From contig CAMCWI010000002.1 in NCBI GenBank assembly GCA_945882065.1, positions 1 through 52,891 on the forward strand: a DNA stretch of 52,891 bases. Reading direction: 5' to 3'. Shown here in pieces: positions 1 to 9,463 of the stretch. The translations under genes were made by a program, and so were the position numbers. The notes beneath the pieces are model-generated. The model saw nothing but the letters and a program-made list of their open reading frames with translations, searched no databases and was not told the DNA's origin. Each line of letters starts with the position of its first letter. The stretch's first letter is position 1. This stretch comes from Akkermansia muciniphila. GTDB taxonomy: Bacteria > Verrucomicrobiota > Verrucomicrobiia > Limisphaerales > JADLHS01.

Positions 1-248
1 TTGGAGAGGCTCACTTGGACGACATTCAGGTTGAATCCGTCTTGCTTGTCTGCACCTGTGGGAGCGTTGACATTGTCCTTGTTGATGTTCCAATGAGCGG
101 ATGTGTCCACATAACCACTGATGGTGGTGGATGTGAGACCGGCTGCGGCTTGGGAGCCGAGCATCATTTTTTCTTCTGCCTGAGCGACCGAGGTGAGACT
201 CACTGCACCAACGGCTGCCAGACCCAACGTCCATTTATTAAACTTCAT
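1..248 (-). CDS. Partial (N-terminal part only) secreted/outer-membrane protein, possibly porin-like
   Basis: Absent from the ORF track because it runs off the window edge. Reverse-strand ATG at 248-246 gives MKFNKWTLGLAAVGAVSLTSVAQA/EEKMMLGSQAAAGLTSTTISGYVDTSAHWNINKDNVNAPTGADKQDGFNLNVVQVSLS. This is a signal peptide followed by Gly/Thr/Asn-rich beta-strand-like sequence. The porin call rests only on remembered similarity to PVC outer-membrane proteins. Confidence 0.5.
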   Translation of the reverse strand, partial: MKFNKWTLGLAAVGAVSLTSVAQAEEKMMLGSQAAAGLTSTTISGYVDTSAHWNINKDNVNAPTGADKQDGFNLNVVQVSLS

Positions 249-633
249 TTTTTGGTTCCTCCGTAACGTGTGTTTGTATTTGTTTTGTACCTGTTTTGTA
301 CATTGCATTGTGGGAAAAAAACAGTTTTTCCCTGGCACCACCGTGGTGCATTTGCAGGATTGATATGGAAATCATGGGTGTTTGACAACAAGTTTTTTCA
401 ATTTCTGAAAAGCGGGCAGTGGTTGCTCCGCTTTGGGGCAGCTTGATTCCACACTCGCCCACCTGATTTTCTCCCAACTCAATGCCTGTCGCATAACTCA
501 CGTTCCTCAGTCAGTCGGGCACGGGTTGGAATAGGTGTTGCTTTTCCAACCGAGGCGACGCCTCTGTTTTGCAACCTTGGTTCGTGAGGTTCGTGGATTG
601 CAGCAGTGTCGCGGTAACAACCGAAAAATATTT

Positions 634-1845
634 ATGCCGTCATTTGCCTACGTAGCGCGTGAAACCGGGACCGGTCGGGAACTCCGGAGTTCCATGGACG
701 CCGCCACAGAGCAGGCCGCCATCGCCGCCCTGCTGAACCGTAACTTGCTGGTTGTTTCCATTCAGGAAAAGATCGCCAAGAAGGGCCGCACCGCCGGAGG
801 CAGCGTGCCCCTGCAAGACCTCGTCATCTTCACGCGCCAGCTTGCAACAATGATTGATGCGGGGTTGGCAATGGTGACATCGCTTCAAGGGCTTGCCGAT
901 CAAACGCAGAACAAGGCGATGCGCGACTGCATCAAAGATGTCTGCACACGCGTCGAGGGGGGCGACAGTTTTTCAGAGGCGTTGTCCAAACATCCCAAGG
1001 TATTCAACCGACTTTATTGCGCCATGGTGGGCGCGGGTGAAAAGGGCGGCTTGTTGGCGGAAATCCTATCGCGTCTGGCGATCTATCTCGAAAACACTGC
1101 GCGCCTCCGCAAAAAGGTGAAGTCCGCCATGATGTATCCCACAGTCGTGACGTTCGTGGCCATTGCGATCACGGTATTCCTGCTCGTGAAGGTCATCCCC
1201 GTGTTCGGCGAAATTTATTCCGGCTTCGGCGCGAAGCTCCCTGCCCCGACGCAATTCCTCATCAACCTGAGCGATCTGATCCGAAAATATTTCATCCTGA
1301 TGACCCTAGGTGCAGGCGGCGCGGTTTATGGCTGGCTCTATTATATCAAGACGAAACCCGGACGCGAGTTTTGGGATAAGACTCGCATCAAGCTCCCCAT
1401 CTTCGGTGCCATTGCGCATAAAATCTGCCTTGCGCGCTTCACACGCACTCTGGCGTCGCTGGTGCGCAGCGGTGTTCCTATTCTTGAAGTGTTGCAGATC
1501 GTCTCTCAGACCGTTGGCAACGTGGTGATGGAAAAAGCCATCAAGGTCGCCTCGTCCGACATCGAACGCGGCGAAAGCATTTCTCAGGCGCTCGCCAAGC
1601 ACCCCGTATTCCCGAACATGATCATCCGCATGATCACCGCCGGTGAACAGACCGGTAAAATTGACAACATGCTCGAACGCATCTCGGACTTCCTAGATGA
1701 AGAAATCGAAACCACGCTCTCTGGAATCACGTCGTTGATCGAACCGATCCTCATTGTGTTCCTCGGCGTTGTCGTCGGCGGCATGGTGATTTGTATGTTC
1801 CTGCCGATCTTCAAACTGTCCGAGATTGTCAGCCCCAAGAAGTAA
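634..1845 (+). CDS. pilC: Type IV pilus assembly / type II secretion platform protein (GspF/PilC family)
   Basis: ORF 535..1845; the first 33 codons are not protein-like. ATG at 634 gives MPSFAYVARETGTGREL. Two T2SSF repeats are present (FTRQLATMIDAGLAMVTSL and FTRTLASLVRSGVPILEVL) with three hydrophobic TM segments. Confidence 0.9.
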   Translation: MPSFAYVARETGTGRELRSSMDAATEQAAIAALLNRNLLVVSIQEKIAKKGRTAGGSVPLQDLVIFTRQLATMIDAGLAMVTSLQGLADQTQNKAMRDCIKDVCTRVEGGDSFSEALSKHPKVFNRLYCAMVGAGEKGGLLAEILSRLAIYLENTARLRKKVKSAMMYPTVVTFVAIAITVFLLVKVIPVFGEIYSGFGAKLPAPTQFLINLSDLIRKYFILMTLGAGGAVYGWLYYIKTKPGREFWDKTRIKLPIFGAIAHKICLARFTRTLASLVRSGVPILEVLQIVSQTVGNVVMEKAIKVASSDIERGESISQALAKHPVFPNMIIRMITAGEQTGKIDNMLERISDFLDEEIETTLSGITSLIEPILIVFLGVVVGGMVICMFLPIFKLSEIVSPKK

Positions 1846-1865
1846 GGGCAGGACTTGCTGAATTC

Positions 1866-1907
1866 AAAAACCGCCGGTCTGCGAAAGCAGTCCGGCGGTT
1901 TTCTTTT
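1866..1907. terminator. Bidirectional hairpin terminator between convergent pilC and nadB
   Basis: AAAAACCGCCGGTCTGC-GAAA-GCAGTCCGGCGGTTTTCTTTTG. It is a GC-rich stem with an A-run on the left and a T-run on the right, in the 70-bp gap between two convergent stop codons. Confidence 0.6.
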
Positions 1908-1915
1908 GCAAAAAC

Positions 1916-3517
1916 TTACCCCGCTTTCCGCACCACACTATCCCGTTGCGCCCAATCAAGATTGGCGTCAGGAAAATCCAAGTTGTAGTGCAGTCCACGA
2001 CTCTCTGACCGCAGCAGCGCGCAACGCACGATCAATTCCGCCACAGTCGCGATGTTGCGCAGCTCCAACAGATCCGCCGTGACGGTGAAGTTCCAGTAGT
2101 ACTCGTGAATCTCCTGTTGCAGGTTCGCCAGCCGCGATTGAGCGCGTTGCAATCGCTTGTTCGTCCGCACGATGCTCACATAGTCCCACATGCAGCGGCG
2201 GATTTCGTCCCAGTTGTGAGCTACCACCACCATCTCGTCGGGATTGTTCGCCTGACCGGCTTGCCAGTCTGGGATTTTCAATTCACTCGCGGGCAAATCC
2301 TGTTCAGTCATGCGCCGATCCGCTCGATCCGCGCACACCAAAGCCTCCAGCAATGAATTGCTCGCCAGACGATTCGCACCATGCAACCCCGTGCAAGCCA
2401 CCTCACCCACCGCGAATAATCCCGCAATCTCCGTCTCGCCATCCACAGTCGTGACCACGCCGCCGCATTGATAATGCGCTGCTGGCACAACAGGAATCGG
2501 CTCCTTCGTGATGTCTATGCCAAAGCTGAGGCAGGTCTTGTAGATGTTCGGAAACCGTTCGATCACGAAGCGCGCGGACTTGTGGGTGATGTCCAACAAC
2601 ACATGATCTGCGCCGCTCTTTTTCATCTCACTGTCAATCGCGCGGGCCACGATGTCGCGCGGTGCGAGCGATTTCATCGGATGATAATTATCCATGAACT
2701 CCTGACCATCCAGCGACATCAACACGCCGCCCTCGCCACGCACGGCTTCACTCACGAGAAATGATTTCGCCTTCGGATGATAAAGACACGTCGGATGAAA
2801 CTGAACGAACTCCATGTTCGCCACCGAAGCGCCAGCGCGATACGCCATCGCCACGCCGTCGCCCGTCGCGATGTCTGGATTCGTCGTGTAGAGATAAACT
2901 TTTCCGCAACCGCCCGTGGCCAGCAGTGTCGCAGGCGCGACGAACGTCTCCACCACGCGATTCGCCTTGTCGAACACATACGCGCCAAGGCAGCGGTTCT
3001 CGCCCACGTAGCCCATCTTTTGACTCGTGATGAGATCAATCGTCAGGTGATTCTCGAAGATCGTGATGTTCGGCTGCACGGCAACGGCGTTGAGCAACGC
3101 GCGTTCAATCTCTCGACCCGTCACATCTTTCGCGTGCAGGATGCGGCGTTTGGAATGACCACCTTCCTTGCCCAGATCAAGTTCGCGCCCACCGTCTTCG
3201 TTCGGTGCATCACGCTGAGAAAACTTCATGCCCAACTCGATCAATTCAGCAATGCGCGCCGGGCCTTCCTCCACGATCACGCGCACGACATCTTCGCGAC
3301 AAAGCCCTGCGCCAGCCGTGAGGGTGTCTTTGACGTGAAGTTCAAACGAATCTTCCTTGCTCGTCACCGCCGCGATGCCACCTTGCGCATAATTCGTGTT
3401 CGACTCCGCGCGATTCTTCTTCGTGACAATGGCCACACGCCCGCGCTTGGCTGCCTTGAGCGCAAAAGAAAGTCCAGCAATGCCGCTGCCGAGAACCAAG
3501 AAGTCAAATCGCTTCAT
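1916..3517 (-). CDS. nadB: L-aspartate oxidase
   Basis: ORF 1916..3598. The likely start is the ATG at 3517 ([19 protein letters not shown], an FAD GxGxxG fold). Family-typical blocks include [22 protein letters not shown] and the C-terminal ESRGLHY. Confidence 0.92.
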   Translation of the reverse strand: MKRFDFLVLGSGIAGLSFALKAAKRGRVAIVTKKNRAESNTNYAQGGIAAVTSKEDSFELHVKDTLTAGAGLCREDVVRVIVEEGPARIAELIELGMKFSQRDAPNEDGGRELDLGKEGGHSKRRILHAKDVTGREIERALLNAVAVQPNITIFENHLTIDLITSQKMGYVGENRCLGAYVFDKANRVVETFVAPATLLATGGCGKVYLYTTNPDIATGDGVAMAYRAGASVANMEFVQFHPTCLYHPKAKSFLVSEAVRGEGGVLMSLDGQEFMDNYHPMKSLAPRDIVARAIDSEMKKSGADHVLLDITHKSARFVIERFPNIYKTCLSFGIDITKEPIPVVPAAHYQCGGVVTTVDGETEIAGLFAVGEVACTGLHGANRLASNSLLEALVCADRADRRMTEQDLPASELKIPDWQAGQANNPDEMVVVAHNWDEIRRCMWDYVSIVRTNKRLQRAQSRLANLQQEIHEYYWNFTVTADLLELRNIATVAELIVRCALLRSESRGLHYNLDFPDANLDWAQRDSVVRKAG

Positions 3518-3714
3518 GCGAGCGACACGATGGCGGGAAGCCGCCGTGGAAGCAATCGCGAGGTTTAAAGGGATTGCGCCCGGCCTCGGGTGCAGCAACC
3601 CACGAATCCCCGCGCCCGTGGAATAAGGATGAAGACTCGATCAATGTGACCGCAAACAGTACCACGCGTTTTACCCACACCGCTGCGCCCGATGACGAGC
3701 GCACTCCGCCGACC

Positions 3715-4077
<363 letters not shown>

Positions 4078-4080
4078 CTA

Positions 4081-5496
4081 TCAATCGTTGTAGCCGCTTT
4101 CACCGTGCTGCGTCAAATCCAGACCGGAATGTTCTTCCTCCGGTGTCACGCGCAAGCCGATCGTCACACTGATCAATTTCAGGATGAGGAACGTCGCGAT
4201 GCCGCTGAAAGCCGCTGTGACCAGCACGCCGATGACTTGATTCTTGAACTGCGCCATGCCGCCTGCGAGCGACACCACCGTCTCGCCAGACTTGAACGTG
4301 GTGGCGATGAGGCCATTCACCGCCGGATTCGCTAGGAAGCCCACCAGCAACAAACCAATCGTGCTGCCGACGCCGTGAACGCCGAACACGTCGAGCGAAT
4401 CATCGTAACGGAACGCGCTCTTGAGCTTCGTCACCGCAAAATAACAGGCCGCTCCACCGCAAAGTCCGATGGCAAACGCCGCCGGAATCGTGACGAACCC
4501 GGACGCCGGCGTGATCGTGGCCAAACCGGCCACCATGCCGGACGCGAGACCCAGCACGCTGGGTTTGCCTTTGAGCAACCACTCCAATGCCGCCCAACTC
4601 AACGCCGCGCCGACCGCAGAAAAGTGCGTTGCCGCAAACGCGCTAGTCGCCAGTTCGCCGCCGCTTACCGCGCTGCCCGCGTTGAATCCAAACCAACCCA
4701 CCCACAGCAATCCTGTGCCGATCAAGCTCAACACGACATTGTGCGGCACCATCGGCTCGCGCGGATACCCCATGCGCTTACCCAGAACAATCGCCGCCAC
4801 CAACGCTGCCACACCGGAGCTGACGTGAACCACTGTTCCACCCGCAAAATCCAGCACGGGAATCTTTCCGCCGAGCGCCCAGTTGAACAATCCGCCCGTG
4901 CCCCAAACCATGTGGCACAGCGGGAAATAAACGATCGTGACCCACAGCACAGTGAAGAGGAGATACGCACTGAACTTGATGCGCTCTGCCACTGCACCGC
5001 TGATAAGCGCAGGCGTGATGATCGCGAACATCATCTGGAACAACATGAACGTCGTATGCGGAATCGTGGGTGCGTAATCCGCGTTCGGCACGCTACCCAC
5101 GCCTTTTAACATGAAATACTGCGTGGGCGATCCGAAGAAGGCGTTGCCCTCGCCGAACGCCATGCTGTAACCGAAAACCATCCACAGCGCGGAAACCACG
5201 GCCATCAAGATCATGCTGTGCATCATCGTGGAGAGAACGTTCTTGCTGCGAACCAAACCGCCGTAAAACAAAATCAATCCCGGCGCGGTCATCATCAGCA
5301 CCAACGCGGAGCTTACGAGCAGCCAAGCGTTATCGCCGTTGTTGATAGGGGAAGCTGACTTCGCGGCGGACTCAAGTTGCGCGATGCGCTGCTCCAGCGT
5401 GGCGGCGTTTTCTGCGAACGCGTTCGACGCGAAAGCGAGCGCGAACATGATCACAACAGATAAAAACAGTGGCCGGGATTGATGAAGTATTTTCAT
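4081..5496 (-). CDS. amtB: Ammonium transporter
   Basis: ORF 4081..5535. The probable start is the ATG at 5496 (MKILHQSRPLFLSVVIMFALAFASNAFA, a signal peptide). Amt family blocks include DFAGGTVVHVSSG and FGVHGVGSTIG, with about 11 TM segments. Confidence 0.92.
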   Translation of the reverse strand: MKILHQSRPLFLSVVIMFALAFASNAFAENAATLEQRIAQLESAAKSASPINNGDNAWLLVSSALVLMMTAPGLILFYGGLVRSKNVLSTMMHSMILMAVVSALWMVFGYSMAFGEGNAFFGSPTQYFMLKGVGSVPNADYAPTIPHTTFMLFQMMFAIITPALISGAVAERIKFSAYLLFTVLWVTIVYFPLCHMVWGTGGLFNWALGGKIPVLDFAGGTVVHVSSGVAALVAAIVLGKRMGYPREPMVPHNVVLSLIGTGLLWVGWFGFNAGSAVSGGELATSAFAATHFSAVGAALSWAALEWLLKGKPSVLGLASGMVAGLATITPASGFVTIPAAFAIGLCGGAACYFAVTKLKSAFRYDDSLDVFGVHGVGSTIGLLLVGFLANPAVNGLIATTFKSGETVVSLAGGMAQFKNQVIGVLVTAAFSGIATFLILKLISVTIGLRVTPEEEHSGLDLTQHGESGYND

Positions 5497-5610
5497 GGGC
5501 GCGCGTGTTAAACCAAAAATACGCCACCGTGTCAATCGTCAGCAAAAGTTTGTCGGAACTCCATGAGAATGTCCCCATCGGCTGGGTTGCAGTAGCAACC
5601 CGGCTACAAT

Positions 5611-5802
5611 ATGGAAATATTACCACTGAGTGCGAAGGAGCGGGAATACATGAAGATCATGGCAGGAGTGGTTGAGTTGGTGGTCACGCTGATTGCGGCG
5701 AGTAGCTTGATGAGAGTGAGCTATCGGCAGAACAAACGCATCTGGCGACGGCATCAGGACGAAGGGGGAGGCTGGCTTCAGCCTGTTCCCCGGACAAGCT
5801 AA
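5611..5802 (+). pseudogene. Possible remnant of a transposase N-terminal HTH (IS481/ISNCY-like)
   Basis: The 63-aa ORF ends ...AASSLMRVSYRQNKRIWRRHQDEGGGWLQPVPR. This resembles the 'L.VSYRQ.KRL..RY..EG..GL.HR.RGR' N-termini of some IS transposases as I remember them. No catalytic domain follows. Confidence 0.25.
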
Positions 5803-5908
5803 AGCTTGAACTCCAACAAAAACTCGGCGCGATCAGAATACGATCTCATTCCTATAGCACCTGACTAAACTCTTGCGCCGACCGGCGCGCTGATTCAGCT
5901 TGGACGCA

Positions 5909-7336
5909 ATGAAGTCGGTGGCAATCATCGGAGCAGGCATCACAGGGTTGACGGCAGCGTTTTATCTCAAGCGCAAAGGCGTCGCGGTCACTGTCTATGA
6001 GGGCAGCAATCGCGTGGGCGGCGTGATTCAATCCATCCGCAAGGACGGCTATCTCGCCGAGTTCGGCCCGAACACGCTGCTGGAAACCTCTCCCAAGATT
6101 TCTCAACTGGTCCGCGATGCCGGTTTGCAATCATGTCGGCTCGATCCCGATCCGAAGGCTGGAGCGCGTTTCGTGGTGCGCTACAAAAGACCGATTGAGA
6201 TGCCCGGTTCGCCATCAGGATTTCTCACGACCAATCTGTTCACGCTCAAAGCGAAGCTCGCCGTATTACGCGAACCCTTCATCTCGCCCCGTCGCGATGG
6301 CGTGGAGGAAAGCATCGGGCAGTTTGTGGTGCGCCGCTTCAATCAAGAGTTTCTCGATAATGCCATTGATGCACTTGTCGCGGGAATCTACGCGGGCGAC
6401 CCGCAGAAACTTTCTGTGTCGCACGCGTTTCCGAGATTGAAAGCTCTCGAAGACAATTATGGATCCATGATCAAGGGACAAATCTTTGGCGCACGCGAAC
6501 GCAAGAAGCGCGGCGAAGTGGCAAAAGATCGAGCGCTGAAATTTTCCTTCGATGAAGGGTTGCAAGTTTTGCCGGATACGTTAGCCGCACAACTCGGTGA
6601 TTCCGTGAAATTGAATACGCCGGTCACCAAACTCACGCGGGGCTCCGATGGTTGGAGGGTGACGACCTCGACAAGCGAGGTGCAGCATAGCGCAGTGATT
6701 TACTGTGGCACGGCGCACAAGCTCGCGGAGTTAAGCATTGAGATAGGTAGGGTAGGCAGTCCTCTGCCCGACGCTGCGTCTGTTGCAACCAGCGACGCGC
6801 ACGGAGTGGCGCGCCCTACCAACCCACTTGATCTCTCCTCGTTCTCCGCCATCCGTCACCCGCCAGTTGCCAGCGTGGTGTTGGGATTCCGCCGCGAGGA
6901 TGTGGCTCATTCGTGCAATGGCTTCGGCATGTTGATTCCGAAGATCGAGGGTTTCAAAATCCTCGGCACCATATTCTCCTCGGCGTTGTTTCCCAACCGC
7001 GCGCCCGCCGGTCATCACACGCTCACGACGTATGTCGGCGGTGAGCGTTATCCAGAATTGGCATCATTGCCGCACGATAAACTTGTATCGCTTGTTTGCG
7101 ACGACTTGAAAATCCTGCTGGGCGTGCGCGGCCAACCCACGTTCCAACACGTCGTCGTCTATCCGAAGGCGATTCCGCAATACAACGTCGGCTACGGTCG
7201 TTACAAGGATTTGATGACGAAGATCGAAGCCGATGCGCCGGGGTTATTTCTCGCCGGACATTTTCGTGATGGCGTTTCCCTGAGCGATTCCATCGTGTCG
7301 GGGATCAATGTGGCGGAGCGCGTTGGGGAAAACTAG
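5909..7336 (+). CDS. hemY: Protoporphyrinogen/coproporphyrinogen oxidase (HemY-type FAD amine-oxidase family)
   Basis: ATG at 5909 gives MKSVAIIGAGITGLTAAFYLKRKG..VYEGSNRVGGVIQS (FAD fold). The C-terminus is ...YPKAIPQYNVGY...LAGHFRDGVSLSDSI. It carries a 25-codon in-frame palindromic insertion, listed as the repeat at 6746..6820. Confidence 0.85.
   Translation: MKSVAIIGAGITGLTAAFYLKRKGVAVTVYEGSNRVGGVIQSIRKDGYLAEFGPNTLLETSPKISQLVRDAGLQSCRLDPDPKAGARFVVRYKRPIEMPGSPSGFLTTNLFTLKAKLAVLREPFISPRRDGVEESIGQFVVRRFNQEFLDNAIDALVAGIYAGDPQKLSVSHAFPRLKALEDNYGSMIKGQIFGARERKKRGEVAKDRALKFSFDEGLQVLPDTLAAQLGDSVKLNTPVTKLTRGSDGWRVTTSTSEVQHSAVIYCGTAHKLAELSIEIGRVGSPLPDAASVATSDAHGVARPTNPLDLSSFSAIRHPPVASVVLGFRREDVAHSCNGFGMLIPKIEGFKILGTIFSSALFPNRAPAGHHTLTTYVGGERYPELASLPHDKLVSLVCDDLKILLGVRGQPTFQHVVVYPKAIPQYNVGYGRYKDLMTKIEADAPGLFLAGHFRDGVSLSDSIVSGINVAERVGEN
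6746..6820. repeat. REP/MITE-like palindromic element inserted in frame in hemY
   Basis: The 75-nt sequence GGTAGGGTAGGCAGTCCTCTGCCCGACGCTGCGTCTGTTGCAACCAGCGACGCGCACGGAGTGGCGCGCCCTACC is bounded by the 7-bp inverted repeat GGTAGGG/CCCTACC. It has internal GGCAG-TCCT-CTGCC and GGCGCGCC palindromes. It encodes GRVGSPLPDAASVATSDAHGVARPT, which is unlike PPOX sequence. Confidence 0.55.
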
Positions 7337-7448
7337 GCGTCGCCCGTCCTCGGTCGCAGCGACGTCCGCTGTTCTGGTCGCTTGAACAGTGCGTAACCCT
7401 TTCTCTGGCGGAAATCGCTGTGGCCGAGGACGGCCATACTCCACCAAC

Positions 7449-8057
7449 TCAATCCCGCTGATACGCCGCTCGCTGTGTCGGAATGCCTTCCGCGTTAAAG
7501 CCGCGCTCGAAATCCGTAACTACAGCCGCCAGCGCGGATGGTGTTTCTATCGCGCTAAACCGCTTGTCTGCTGCAAACACCTCAATCATCTGGCTGAAAT
7601 AATCTTCATCGTCAGTTCGTAGATAAACAATGCCGCGCGGCGATAACGCCTGCCATGCAAGCGTGGTGAATCGTTCGTTGATCAGACGAAACTTCCTATG
7701 CTTCTTCTTCGGCCACGGATCAGGGAAATAAATATGCAACGCCTGCGCGCAGCCCGTTGGCAAAAGGAATTCCAGCAGATACGCGCTCTCGATGCGGACT
7801 CCACGCACGTTGGTAAGATTCAGCCGGCGACCCTTGCGATCCACTTTATTGACGCGGCCCATGAGACGTTCCACTCCGAGGAAGTTGGTTTGAGGATTCA
7901 GCCGCGCGTGTTCGATGAGAAACGACGCATCGCCACAGCCGAGTTCAATCTCCAGTGGCTGTGCGGCGGGAAAGAGTTTTGTGATGTCCATCCGTTGGAG
8001 GATGGTTTCAAACTCGTGAATGAGCGAGGGCGCGCGGGTTGAGACAGATTGTTCCAC
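7449..8057 (-). CDS. trmB: tRNA (guanine-N7)-methyltransferase
   Basis: Contains the SAM-binding block LEIELGCGDASFL and the TrmB signature YFPDPWPKKKHRKFRL. The start is uncertain. The ORF extends to 8237, but that would overlap the upstream gene and an intergenic hairpin. Candidate starts are GTG at 8057 and ATG at 7991. Confidence 0.82.
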   Translation of the reverse strand: MEQSVSTRAPSLIHEFETILQRMDITKLFPAAQPLEIELGCGDASFLIEHARLNPQTNFLGVERLMGRVNKVDRKGRRLNLTNVRGVRIESAYLLEFLLPTGCAQALHIYFPDPWPKKKHRKFRLINERFTTLAWQALSPRGIVYLRTDDEDYFSQMIEVFAADKRFSAIETPSALAAVVTDFERGFNAEGIPTQRAAYQRD

Positions 8058-8128
8058 GCAGGGAGTGTAGCCCGACGCTGCTCGCGGGAGCAACGTCGGG
8101 CGTTGCGCCCCGACTAAACTCCTTGGCC

Positions 8129-8914
8129 TTACTGGAAAGTTGTCCGATAGAACCGGCTGCTCGCGAGTCGCGCGGTCGTGTCCGTCGCGACAACATTCCC
8201 CTCCGCATCCGCAGTTAAATTGGTCAATGTGAGCCACGTCCCGGTGTTGGGCTTGGCCCGGTACTGGATGCGGCAGCGCGAGTCTGGCGGCGCGCCGCAG
8301 GAGACTTGCACGTTGCCATTGGTCAGTGCTTTGATCTGCATGGCCGACAACAGCGGTTGCGCCGAGAGGGCCACCCGATAAAAACGTTTCGGCACGCGCG
8401 ACGAGGACTCATCAATGAGCGCGATGTTACCCAGTGCGTTTGCGGAAACATTCGTCAACGTGCGCCACGACCCCGGCAGCATCGTGGGACTGAACTGGAT
8501 TCCGCAAACTGTCCCTGCCGCCGCGCGACAGTCCAGTTTCATGGTGCGATTGGTATGACACGCGATCTTGACGGAAGAAATCGCCGGTAAAGTCACCAGC
8601 AATTGATTGGAGGGCTGGCTTTCCACGTTGACGGTATTGTAAGAAACGGCGTAAAGCCGATAAGTGGCGTTGGCCAGCATGTTTGTCACAGTCACTGTCA
8701 GGTTTGTTCCCACAACGACCCTGTTGGTGGCGGATTGATTGGTAAGGCCGTAATAAAGGACATAACCCTTCACATTCGGATCGTTCGGAGGATTCCACCC
8801 CAGCGTGACGGGTATGGAATATAGCGGGGCTGAGATCGCTACAAATGGGGCAGCACACATCACCACGACGAAAACGATCCACAAACCGCACTTGATTGGA
8901 AAAAAAAACGGCAT
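8129..8914 (-). CDS. Secreted/anchored protein: fibronectin-III-like domain plus two tandem ~70-aa C-terminal modules each ending RFYR
   Basis: N-terminal hydrophobic anchor (LWIVFVVVMCAAPFVAISA). The FN3-like stretch is LGWNPPNDPNVKGYVLYYG...YRLYAVSYN...ESQPS. The two modules are at nt 8366-8575 and 8132-8341. Confidence 0.7.
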   Translation of the reverse strand: MPFFFPIKCGLWIVFVVVMCAAPFVAISAPLYSIPVTLGWNPPNDPNVKGYVLYYGLTNQSATNRVVVGTNLTVTVTNMLANATYRLYAVSYNTVNVESQPSNQLLVTLPAISSVKIACHTNRTMKLDCRAAAGTVCGIQFSPTMLPGSWRTLTNVSANALGNIALIDESSSRVPKRFYRVALSAQPLLSAMQIKALTNGNVQVSCGAPPDSRCRIQYRAKPNTGTWLTLTNLTADAEGNVVATDTTARLASSRFYRTTFQ

Positions 8915-9463
8915 TGAACAAACAACTTTTATTTTTCATCAGACGCACCGCTCGAAACAGTCCAGCGGGTGTCTGATCTCGCACGAGCCGCCCCTTTGCA
9001 TGTCCGGTGCCAGCGGGGGACTGTGGAAGACTGTTTGAATGAGTGTGAACTCCTGACCGGCAGCCATGAAATTTCAGGACGCGAGAAAACCCCTGTTAAA
9101 TGGGCGGTTTATGACGGCTCGCATCTGGTCAATCTTCGCAGCCGGGCCGGGGGGAGGGAATTCAGATAAATGTTTTTAGGAAAGGTCTGCGGAATTGTCG
9201 CCTCGCCGCTTGTGAAGAAACTGAACAAGCAAAGATCGGAAATCGGTCAAGACTTGCGGAGACGAGATGACAAGGGTTGCAGCATGTGGCTTGGGCTTCT
9301 TGGTTGCATGGATGTTGGAGTTTTACCGCCCGTTGTAACACGGCGGGAAGCATCACCGCTTCGGGACAGAATCTTGGGCGGAGTTGGCCTGACCGGGAAA
9401 ACAAAGGCAGAATAATGGATCGCAGAATGATGAAGCCCCATTCCCGAAAATAATTCTGACGAA

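Noticed and set aside
333-356. Sigma-54-like TGGCAC...TGCA string (TGGCACCACCGTGGTGCATTTGCA)
   Set aside because: The spacing between the GG and GC elements does not fit the TGGCAC-N5-TTGCA consensus. The sequence is better explained as a 7-1-7 palindrome.
2777-3568. 263-aa plus-strand ORF inside nadB (likewise 4375..5109 + inside amtB, 13312..14097 - across the ADH/TauE genes, 34237..34980 - and 35688..36434 -)
   Set aside because: They are antisense to genes with strong family signatures and have Arg/His/Ala-rich, low-information composition.
8427-8984. 185-aa minus-strand ORF overlapping the FN3 protein gene in another frame
   Set aside because: The overlapping frame 8129..8914 has a signal anchor, an FN3-like domain and duplicated modules. 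This ORF is Arg/Cys-rich without features.
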